Assembly: GCF_000743755.1 (NCBI RefSeq)
Contig: NW_014569535.1
Span: 62,001 to 84,360 of the forward strand
Source of the DNA: Blastocystis sp. subtype 4
Lineage: Eukaryota
Length of the DNA: 22,360 nucleotides
Reading direction: 5' to 3'
Shown: positions 1 through 9,767 of the stretch, in pieces
Numbering within the stretch: the first letter of the stretch is position 1
Layout of the letters: every line of letters starts with the position of its first letter
Position numbers and translations under genes: made by a program
Notes under the pieces: generated by a model
Database searches by the model: none
Told to the model about the DNA's origin: nothing
What the model saw: only the letters and a program-made list of their open reading frames with translations

Positions 1-1437
1 ACCAACTGAAGACTCTCCTTCGCATGTGTTGAAACTTCTTTCAACGCATTGATTAGATCCTCAGATATGCCTGCTGCAAACAGCTACAATAAATCCTCTT
101 CATCATTCTCACATCATTACAGAGTTTGGCAATTTTATCAGTGAAACGTTCCTTCAAGGCATAGGACATATGAGTGAAGCAATTCAATGCTTCCTTCACG
201 TTATTGTTCGATTTCCTATCTATTAAGGATATATCAAGGAATTACCGATAACTGTTCAGTGATTCCTTGATAATACTACAAATCACATCTAGTCGAGAAT
301 ACGCATCATCTGGAATCACCAGAGCTAGTTCTCCAACAGCTTTCAGTGCTTCTCCTCGATAAGCATCTCGATGAATGCAAGACATTAGATACTCAAATCT
401 AGAAATCACAGGATTCATGATCCCATACACATTATTCTTAAACTCAAGAGTTAAGAACGAATGGGCATAAGTATTCATGAAACGAGCAATGACAGGAATC
501 AGACCTATTTGTGATTGAGGGCAGAATCAACAACGAATGATGGTAATTTTGATATAGGGTTCTTTTGTATTGAAATATGTCTGAATTCTGGTATATATAG
601 CCTCGATTCGTGAATCACAGAATTCTAAAGAATTGTTGAGAAAGGAGTTAATTGAAAGGAGATAGCCATGAATTGATTCATTTCTACCATCTTTAGGGAG
701 TTCTTCGATTCGCTCCAAGAACTCGAAATAGAAATCATTCTTCTTCTGATTCTCTCGTTGTTGCATAATGATCAGACATGCTGAAAGAGCATCTGCAGCT
801 GCTTCTCGAATTAGAATCTGTTTGTCTTTCAAGGGAGCGAGAATCTTCTCTCGGAAGGCTTGGATGTGTTGATAGAAGTGTGTAGGAGAGTTATTGGCAA
901 CTTTCTGGAGAATAAGGAGAGACAAGAGACGTTTGTAGTCATCTCTAGAGAACTCAAGATTCCGAAAGGCATCGCTTAGAATGGAATCAATAAACTCTGA
1001 TAGATAGGAATTACCAACCCGAAGCAAATGACCGAGTGTCTATGCGAATCAAACTAACATAGTGGCGTTACAGATGACAACGGAATGAGAAGCATCGTTG
1101 AATGAGTTTCTTGGATCATCGTCTCGAGATACTGAGAAATACGAACATTTCGATCCTCTTCTTGATATCCAAGATCAACAAGCTGATCTATGACTGCCAA
1201 GAATCCTAGATGAACATAGTCGTCATTGCTGCGGCTAAACCGCTTAAATAGTTGAAAGATCTCATCACTGATCTTAGAATACTCTTGAGCATCTGCATTT
1301 TGATATAAACGTTCGATCCATTTCCGATACAAAATAGCAGCATGGTTTCTCGCTTCGGAGTCACGACATACCTTCTCATCGACAATATACTCCGATCGTC
1401 CCACTGGTGTGTAGAAGAACCTTACTTCATTCTGCAT
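1..1437 (-). CDS. TOR: Target of rapamycin (TOR) kinase, N-terminal HEAT-repeat region; continues beyond the window's left edge
   Basis: ORFs 1054-1437, 527-1027 and 242-478 join through ~30-nt GT-AG introns. LLILQKVANNSPTHFYQHIQAF..ILAPLKDKQILIREAAADALSACL resembles the mTOR N-terminal HEAT segment. Start uncertain: ATG 1437, or ATG 1521 with an extra intron. Confidence 0.85.
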
Positions 1438-1532
1438 CGGATCTATTAATTGTTACAACGTCAATGGGAGATAGTTTGGGTTTTGGGTCCTTTCATAATG
1501 TGGCGCAATTGGCGCATCCATTTTGGATTGAT

Positions 1533-1540
1533 CACAAACA
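1533..1540 (-). terminator. 3'-end motif TGTTTGTG of the Zn-finger gene
   Basis: Separated by a 4-nt spacer from an in-frame T at 1545. Confidence 0.65.
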
Positions 1541-1544
1541 AAGC

Positions 1545-3210
1545 AAAAAAGCATATCATTTACAATTCCATCTCTCTGGTAGTAGCCATTTTCAATACAA
1601 TCTCGATCGATAATATGTGTCATTCCATTGACTCCTTCACAGTTCATAACGTGCCATGTCATATGTTCTTCACAGCAAATCAAACTGGGATATTGTACAA
1701 GGGCTTCTCTCTTCCTAGTTGTCAATGCAACCCAACTACCTTACCAAAGAGCCGTTTTCATATTATAATACTTGTCATAGAGAGTTGAACTACATCTGTG
1801 GCACATAAAAAGTTCATAGATATTGGTATTAGCACAATTCGGATTACTGCATTTGAGGAGTTTCCGTAGCTTGAAAGAATAGAGCTGAAAGTGAGAGGGA
1901 TTATGCTGAAGATGCTCCAACAGGTGATATTTATCACAAAAGCAACTGTTACACTGAACGCAATAGACTAAGTTACTTCGGCATTTGCATCTTACACAGC
2001 AACTCAATGGATTGGTTTGAATTGTTTTGCACTTTCGATACACCCTCTTCAATGCTTCTCGATCCTGATGCGACATCGTTTCACAATGAATAACTGAAGG
2101 TGTTTCGGACGACAGAGAGTAATCTGACACTGAAAGAGACTTTCCGGAAGCCAATCTACAGTCCTGGGGTAAATGACCTGTTTTCCCGCAGATTGGACAC
2201 TTATGGGAATCAAGAATCGTACGTGCATCTTTGAATCTACGTTTGCTGGGGATGAATTCTGGTTGAGTGGAGACTGTGAGTGTCTCTTCTGTATTTGACT
2301 CTGATTCCTTTTCCACAGTTATCGTATGTTGATTTTGTTCTGCTTTCCGTTTACATTCTAAGGAACACACATCTTCATCCGTTGCATCGCATATATATTG
2401 ACCATACTTTCCACAGATCACACAAAATGGACCCAGGATCGGAGCCGCTGGAGCGTCTCTAGAAAATTCAATGATTGAATCCTCCTGTTGGTCCTCCTCT
2501 GACGATTTCTCACTATCCTCATACATGACCAACCCAAGAGTGTTCTTTGTATGTGGTACCTCTGGTTGGGACTGCACTGTGGGCCGATTGAATGCTGAAA
2601 CATTGAGTGAATCCATAGATAGAGTTTGTTCCAGTCCTTCAGGCAACGGAAATTCCAAATCCACTAGAGATGATTCTTAAAATCATTTTTGAACAAGGAT
2701 TCGACTTTGCAGTTCGCATCAATTCCTTCCCTTCCTTTCGCATAGTATTCTGTTTAACACGATTCTCTCTCCGAATCCTTTTCATCTTCTCATCCTTTTC
2801 ATTTCTTCCATCTTCCTTCGATACAGGTTGAGTACGTTTTCGTGATTCTTCAGTCATAATTCCATCTTCAACACATACTCGTTGCTTTCGACTTATAATA
2901 AACCGGTTCTTCAGGAGGTTCATTCAAAATGTGTGCTAATTCTCCCATTTTCTCATCATCCGTCTATACTATCATCTAGAATCAACATGATATATACCAT
3001 ATGGGATAGTTTCGTTACATCCCAACCATTCTTTTCCAACACTGCTGCATAATCCTTTGAATTGATCTGACCTGTTGCAATCCGGTACACTTGTAAGTCA
3101 TCCAGAATTCTATCAACCTTGCTATTCTTGTTATACGCCCATTTTGGTTTCTAAAAATCAAAGTTTACGTTCGGAAATACTCTTTCATAGGAATTGTAGT
3201 TCCATGCCAT
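1545..3210 (-). CDS. Uncharacterised multi-zinc-finger protein (zf-HIT-like + CCHC knuckle + Cys/His-rich C-terminal domain)
   Basis: Spliced by hand from ATG 3210 (MAWNYNSYERKPKWAY...) through five short GT-AG introns, including 2664-2694 and 1715-1744. Motifs: CVICGKYGQYICDATDEDVCSLECK, CPICGKTGHLPQDC, CVRC..CVQCNSCFCDKYHLLEHLQHNPSH, CCEEHMTWHVMNC. The end at 1545 assumes a poly(A)-made stop; the genomic TAA is at 1453-1455. Confidence 0.75.
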
Positions 3211-3233
3211 TCTATATTTGATTCTCACTGAGG

Positions 3234-5192
3234 ATGCCATTGACCCCAAAGTTTTCTATATCACAGGTGAGATTATTCTGTGTTTCGTGATTCTATTTAG
3301 AACGATGAGTTTGTGATTGTGGAAATCAATGTTCCATGGGTAGAAATAAATGGTTTGAGATTTATTAAATAGGTTCGTGTTGGTGATATGGAGTTTGTGA
3401 TCGATGACTGTGACTTTTCGTTCTTTTGCAATCCATATCTTCTTAAACTGCAGTTTCCATATCCATGTGTTGATGATGAACGCGCCAAAGCAGTTTATGA
3501 TGTCGATAAGGTGTTAGCTAAAGGAACGGTATTATATGGTAGGCAAATGGCACTGTGTTTGTCCATCTTCCCAAAGTTGAAAAGGGGCAGTATTTCCCAA
3601 ACATGGATCTCTTATCAACTATTCTTAAGAAACCAGAACCACTGCCTACACTTCCTCGAGGGTAGGATATGGATATTGAATAAACAATAGTCCGTTGATC
3701 CAAGAGGTGGATGGAGATGCTGTTTCCGAGGAAATATCAGAACCCAAAGAAGAGATGTCGAAGGATCTGTTAGAGTTAGAAGAACGTAAGAAGAGTCACT
3801 GTTTCTTACTGTAGCTGCTTCCACAAGCTCATATCGCAAGTATGGTTTCAATGAACTATTTGAGAACGTTTTCCACAGTTTTGAGGATTGTAGTGACATT
3901 ATTGAGAATCCTGTTCCCGATGAGAATACAGTGGATCCTTGGGGTATGTATAATGTAATAAGAATGAATAGTAGAACTGATGAAACAAATGGAGGAATCC
4001 AAGTTTGATTCAGATCATTACTTGAGTGATTACTTTTATGGTAAAGAAGATTACTTATACAAAGAGTTTATTGATATCCTTTGGGTTTCTGTTCACTAGA
4101 TCCTTCATTCATACAGTTCCTCCCAGAATGGGTGAAAGCAGATCGCATTATCCGAAAGGAATTAAAAGAACTCGACGTGAAACCTATAGTACCGCATTCA
4201 TCTTTTGATCCATTTTCATCTTCCAGAAGTACCAACTCTATCAGTCCCAATCAAATTGTTTCTCAGCCTGTTGTTCCTCTACAGAAACAACATGCCTTAG
4301 TTGAAGTGATTGAACCATCTTCAGAATCGACTTCATCTCATGAAATACTCGAGGTCCAAACTCCTCAATCTCTGATTCTTATCAACAAAGACGAACCTAC
4401 AGAGAAGGACTCTCTCTCTCAACTAATGAAACGTCAGAATCAGGCACTTGTATTCTTGTTGGTTCTATTTCATAGCTAGAGAATCAGTCATGAAGAAGAT
4501 GAACACCATTGCCATTTGTCTTCCGATGAGAAGGAACTTCTTCTTTCTATCAAGAATGTTAATACTACGGTGCCACCTGAACGAATGAATCAGGCGTTGT
4601 TCTCGTTAGTTGATATTTTGTGTGCATATTGTTATGATGTCCGAATGACTCAACAGGATCCAACGCCAGAATCTGCATGGACTATTTCGATTCTGTCTCC
4701 AACACTTTCGTGGCTTGTTCCCTCCTCATCTCTTCGGAACACTCTAATCGCGTTTATTCGGAGAGTTATGATTTATCCATATTTAAGACGATATGACCTG
4801 GCTAGACTCTGTGTTAAGGATTGTATCGTCATATTGAAATTAGGAAAACGACGATTACTAAAATGTCTTCTTGAAGTCATTGTTCGTAATTTATGTGATG
4901 TATAGATTAAGAAAATCATGAAATTCTCAGAAAGGAAGTACATTCTCAATACTCTCTATATTGATAAGTATATTCTCTGGATTCAAGTATCTTACAACTT
5001 CCAAGATAGTAACTTGTAGAATCTTGAGTATCCTATATTGTTTGATGTAGCTGAAGAAGTGAGTGTATGGTTTGAAGTTGCTCTTTTATATAGTATCTGT
5101 TGTCAAAGGAGATCTCAAGAGAAACTCTCGATCTTGGCATTCCCGAATTAGAAGAAGAAGGAAGAAAACTCCTTCAAAATGAAACAGAATAA
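3234..5192 (+). CDS. SHQ1: SHQ1, H/ACA snoRNP assembly factor (CS domain + SHQ1 domain)
   Basis: Spliced N-terminus MPLTPKFSISQNDEFVIVEINVPWVRVGDMEFVIDDCDFSFFCNPYLLKLQFP, then KYGFN, KFDSDHYLSDY and SLVDILCAYCYDVRMTQQDPTPESAWTISILSPTLSWL...RRVMIYPYLR. Ten GT-AG introns plus one AT-AC intron; TAA at 5190-5192. Confidence 0.93.
4074..4114 (+). other. U12-type (minor spliceosome) AT-AC intron in SHQ1, 41 nt
   Basis: 5' end ATATCCTTT, branch-like TCCTTCAT at 4101-4108, 3' end ATAC. Removal restores the frame (LYKEFIEFLPEW). Confidence 0.88.
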
Positions 5193-5202
5193 TTACCGTC
5201 CT

Positions 5203-5210
5203 TGTTTCTT
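5203..5210 (+). terminator. 3'-end motif TGTTTCTT of SHQ1
   Basis: 10 nt after the SHQ1 stop; one mismatch to TGTTTGTT. Confidence 0.6.
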
Positions 5211-5359
5211 TTGAGTCCACATACTATATCCAGTAAGCAATATATGCAAACAATGCTGCAGAAACACTTACGTCATCCAAATACGACCTCCTCTTATTCA
5301 GTTTATAAATGATAGAAATTTCCCTCATTATAATAATAATTCGATAGTTTATTTCAGAA

Positions 5360-6042
5360 ATGCCAAAGGAGGAGTTCAAAGATTACTATTCTCTTCTTGA
5401 AATTGAAGTTGAAAGTGATGAAAGAACGATTAACAAAGCATACCGACTGTTAGCCAAGAAGTATCATCCAGATAAGAACAAGGGCAATAAGAATGCAAGT
5501 ATGTTGTCTAGGGTTTAAGTGAATGTATAGCTGAATTATTCAAATTGATAAAGGAAGCTAAGGAGATCTTGCTAGATCCTGCAAAGAGAACTATATATGA
5601 CCGAAAACACAAAGCAATGCTTATGAAGAAAGCTGGAAAGGAGAAGATGGACAAAAGGCAACGTGATTTGACAGAATCCTTGTTTGCTCGAGAAGATGCT
5701 GGTATGAAATGATCAACTAATGTAACTGGTAGCAAAGAGAAGGCGTCAAGGAGAACTAACCGAGGAAGAGAGACGACGGTTACGGATTTCTCAGATTCAT
5801 CAGGAAAATGCGATGATTATTGAAGCATTGATCCGAGAAAGAGAACACTCAGTACATACAGAATGTAAGTAATAGGAGTTTACGTGTGATTGTAGTGCAC
5901 CCACTAGATGTTAATAAGGATTTTGAACGCGTAGAAGTGAATTGAAAGTCTGATTGCGTAGTCAGCTGATTATGGAGTTCGTACAATGGAACGATTGCGA
6001 AAAGCTGCAGAACAACAGTTACAGAATCGTTCGACCGTGTAG
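5360..6042 (+). CDS. J-domain (DnaJ) protein, DNAJC17/Cwc23-like
   Basis: [42 protein letters not shown] (HPD motif), then [12 protein letters not shown] and [16 protein letters not shown]. Four ~31-nt introns; TAG at 6040-6042. Not called by the ORF track. Confidence 0.85.
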
Positions 6043-6062
6043 TTTTCATTGTCATTTTTCCT

Positions 6063-7298
6063 ATGTTTGTCTTTAATCGATCTGGTCGTCCTCTTTTACA
6101 GTTCTTCATTCGGTGTCCCATATACTTGAAATCCTTCTCCACAAGTAGATTGATAGCAAGCAAGATTGATGATGGGTCACTATTTCAGTATCTGTCAATG
6201 TTAGTAGGAAAGACAGAAACAGCGAACAGTTTGAGAATGACGATGAGATTATGGATTAGATGGTTTGAATGGACTAAAAGACTTTCTGAATGGTGAAGAA
6301 TTGGACACAGTAGTTCTGGAATAAGGATTCTTAATTGTAGGTGAATTCACTCATCAATGAATTGAAGATGTGCGAGGAACCTGCAAAGGATGCTAGGGAG
6401 GTTCTTAAGAATATTGCTGAAAACCCTACTCTTGCATCATTTCTGACTCCTTCTAAACGGTCATTATCAACAGCTGATTATTGTGTTTATTACCTTCTGT
6501 CACCATTAATGGTATTCTAGAGGTATGATTGTCATTGAATAGCAGACTCTAGAGTCCGGCTCTAATGCTGAAACGTTGGCTTCCTATTATATGCGTGTCC
6601 AAAGTGATAAGCAGGTTCGTTCATGTCCATTGTCACCACCGCAGCTTCAGTTAAAGCCAAAGAAGCATAGTCACCTGCTGGCCAAATTGATGACTATTAG
6701 AGGATACGTCAGCTCAGAAATCAACGATTCTATCTCCTGAAGACTGTTTGAGTCAATTGGATATTCGAGTTGGACGCATTGTTGAAGCTTGGAATCATCC
6801 AGATAGTGATAAGTCAAGTTTAATCCTTCTCTTTATAGTAGATTGATATGTGAACGAGTTGATGTAGGAGAGACGTCGCCTCGCAGTATAGGATCTGGAA
6901 TCCGAGCTTTTCATTCCGCAGAATCGATTGTAGGTCAACTTGTGTGTGTAATGTGCAATATGAAGACAAGAAAACTAGCTGGGTACCCATCAAATGGAAT
7001 GCTCTTGTGCGCTTCAACACCGGACCACTTGAAAGGAGCCCTTATTCGACCTCCAGAAGGATCTCTCGTTGGAGAACGGATACAGTTTGATGGAATTTCT
7101 GGAGAGGTAGCAACACCGAATCAAGTGCATAAGAAGAAGATGGTAGAGATGATTCTGGAAGTGAGGAAATAAGGAGTCAGTAACATCTAGTATTTAAAAA
7201 CGAATCAGGAGGGTGTATGTTGTTTCAAGGACAAACCGTTCCGGACATCAACTGGAGTATGTACCTGTGTTGAATACCCAAATCAACAAATTTCGTAA
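6063..7298 (+). CDS. Arc1p/AIMP1-like aminoacyl-tRNA synthetase cofactor (possible GST-like N-domain + EMAPII/Trbp111-type tRNA-binding OB fold)
   Basis: SQLDIRVGRIVEAWNHPDSDKLICERVDVGETSPRSIGSGI...VMCNMKTRKLAGYPSNGMLLCA...PPEGSLVGERI. Six ~30-nt introns (first 6229-6259); TAA at 7296-7298. The GST-like call is weaker than the OB-fold call. Confidence 0.85.
6064..6071 (+). terminator. 3'-end motif TGTTTGTC of the DnaJ gene, overlapping the next gene's ATG
   Basis: 21 nt after the TAG at 6042. Confidence 0.65.
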
Positions 7299-7312
7299 GG
7301 ACTAGATAAATA

Positions 7313-7320
7313 TGTTTGTT
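7313..7320 (+). terminator. 3'-end motif TGTTTGTT of the Arc1p/AIMP1-like gene
   Basis: Perfect motif 14 nt after the stop. Confidence 0.8.
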
Positions 7321-7469
7321 GATCCTAATGAGAATAATAGTTGGAACAAATGGATGAAACACTAATCAAGGAAGAAATAATAGGTATAATTCGGTGATTT
7401 AGATTCTGCCGTAACGCTATGCAGAAATCTCCATGAAAATGACATACCATTCAACCATTCATTTTTCTA

Positions 7470-8760
7470 ATGGCTGAAACGAGTAGGTTGATTAGCAATT
7501 GGATGTGAGAAATAAAAAGAGTGTACAGACTCACTTACCAAAGTATAGACGCTCCTACTGTCGATAACAACATCGACATTGAATCTAACTGGGATAAAGA
7601 AGTGGAGAACTTTGATGACCTCAACTTGAATACAGATCTTCTCAGAGGTATCTATGCTTATGGTTTTGAGAAACCCTCCGTCATTCAGCAGAAGGCTATT
7701 CTTCCTGTCCTTGAAGGTCATGATACGATTGCTCAGGCTCAGTCTGGTATGGATGAGACAGAAAACTTGATTCTTAGGAACTGGTAAGACTGCCACTTTC
7801 TGTATCTCTGCCCTTCAGTTGCTGGATCTGAACAACAAAGACTGTCAGGTTTTGATTATGGCTCCTACTCGTGAGCTGGCTCTGCAGATTTTCTCTGTCC
7901 TTGAGAATTTGTCGAAGTGTATGAAGGTTGCCATGCACTGTTGCGTTGGAGGAACTGCTGTGCAGGAGGATACTGAGAAGCTGAAGAATGGTGTTCAGGT
8001 TGTTGTCGGTACCCCTGGTCGTGTAAATGACTTGGTTCAGCGTGGCCATTTGGATCTGAGACATTGCAAGTTGTTCTGTCTCGATGAGGCTGATGAGATG
8101 TTGAGCCGAGGATTCAAGGAGCAGATATACAACGCTTTCCGTGCTCTGAATGAGGATGTTCAGGTTGCTCTGTTCTCTGCTACTATGCCTGTGGACATTC
8201 TGGAAATCTCCAAGAAGTTCATGCGTGACCCTGTACGTATTCTGGTGAAGAAGGATGAGCTGACTCTGGAAGGTATTAAGCAGTTCTATGTACCCCTGGA
8301 GAAGGAGAGCTGGAAGTTCGATACTCTGTGCGATCTGTATGAGTCTTTTGCTATCGCTCAGGCTATTATCTACTGCAATACCCGTAGAAAGGTGGACTGG
8401 CTGACATTGGCTATGAAGGAGAGAGATTTCACAGTGTCGTCGATTCATGGAGATATGGAACAGGGTACTCGTAACAGTATTCTGAAGGAGTTCCGTTCTG
8501 GAGCTACACGTGTGTTGATCACGACTGATTTGCTGGCTCGTGGTATTGATGTCCAGCAGGTGTCGCTGGTTATTAACTATGATTTCCCAACTGATCGTGA
8601 GAACTACATTCATCGTATTGGTCGTTCGGGACGTTATGGTAGAAAGGGAACAGCAATCAACTTTATTTTGGATGCAGACAAGGATATGATGGAAGATATT
8701 GAACAGTTCTACCATACCACGATTGAGGAGTTGCCGAACAATATTTCCTCTCTTCTTTAA
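7470..8760 (+). CDS. EIF4A: Eukaryotic translation initiation factor 4A (DEAD-box helicase)
   Basis: Exons 7470-7482, 7549-7746, 7778-8760. Motifs [58 protein letters not shown]. Confidence 0.97.
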
Positions 8761-8819
8761 TTTATGTTCTATATAGCACACGTTGTTGCGGTTATTAGAG
8801 TATGATCTGTTTCGTGAGG

Positions 8820-8879
8820 TGTTTGTTGAAGAGGAAATACGTTAACAGTAGATGTCTATATGTGTCTTTGAAATAAACA
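8820..8879. terminator. 3'-end motifs of eIF4A (TGTTTGTT 8820-8827, +) and RPL14 (TGTTTATT 8872-8879, -)
   Basis: Motifs lie downstream of each stop in the convergent gap; a second + strand variant CGTTTGTT is at 8890-8897. Confidence 0.65.
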
Positions 8880-8909
8880 CACCAATATTCGTTTGTTCAT
8901 AAATCGCAT

Positions 8910-9440
8910 TTAGTGCTTCTTGGCGAATCTAGCCTTGAAACGGCAGAAATCGCACATGGAAGCCTTCTTAGCACGAGCAGCGAGCTTCTTAGCCCAAGCA
9001 GTTTCGTTCCACTTGTTCTCGACCTCGCCAGCCTTGAAAGCCTCATCCACTTCAGTAGTCTTAGCACCACGCTTCAGAGGAACAACAAAGTCAGTCAAAT
9101 ACAGACGAGCTACCTACAAAGGTAAAATGCAACAAGAACCGTTTACAGTAATCTGCTGTCTCTTGACACCAGTAGAGGGTCCATCAACGAGAACCTAGAA
9201 AATCATCTAATCTAACCTTCAAGTACTCTCTTTCCGTCAATGATGTCAACGATTGTGCACAGCTTACCAAAGTCAGGTCCGTAGTTGATGTAAGCGACAC
9301 GACCAACCTCAACGAAACGAGTGAACACCTACAAGAGACATTAGAACGACTCTTAGAAGAAGTGACTCAGAACCACTCATTCCCTTTCTGTTAGTCCTGA
9401 GAGCTGTTAAATCGATTCTATAGTAAGAATTACCTACCAT
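8910..9440 (-). CDS. RPL14: 60S ribosomal protein L14 (eL14)
   Basis: ATG-only first exon (9438-9440), 109-nt intron, then [40 protein letters not shown]...[26 protein letters not shown]. Two further ~32-nt introns. Confidence 0.96.
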
Positions 9441-9767
9441 TGTATGCTTGGAAGTAGGGACAAACGAAATCTATAAGTCGTGGTTATGCTTAGAATCGAA
9501 TGGCCCAGTTTCTTTTAGAATTCACAAAAAAAGCCAGATTTCTGTTGGTTCTTGGATCTATTATTTGATATAATAGTTCATCTTTTGTATAATTCCTCAA
9601 CCAGTTTAAATAGATGTAGCGACGAGACTCCCGGGGTGTTAGCTGAAAGTGTGATTCTCACAAGAAAGACACTAAGATGACTCTATAATCGACCTATCAG
9701 TTCAGTTGGTATTGAAACATAGGAATTCTGGCATATTAAGAATCCACAGATTTGCGTTCTCTTTCGT

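Noticed and set aside
7774..8781. 335-aa antisense ORF opposite eIF4A
   Set aside because: Mirror frame of a codon-biased conserved gene; no recognisable domain and no ATG start.
9636..9672. Hammerhead-like CTGA...stem...GAAA
   Set aside because: The core reads CTGAAAG rather than CUGANGA, and there is no stem I or cleavage triplet.
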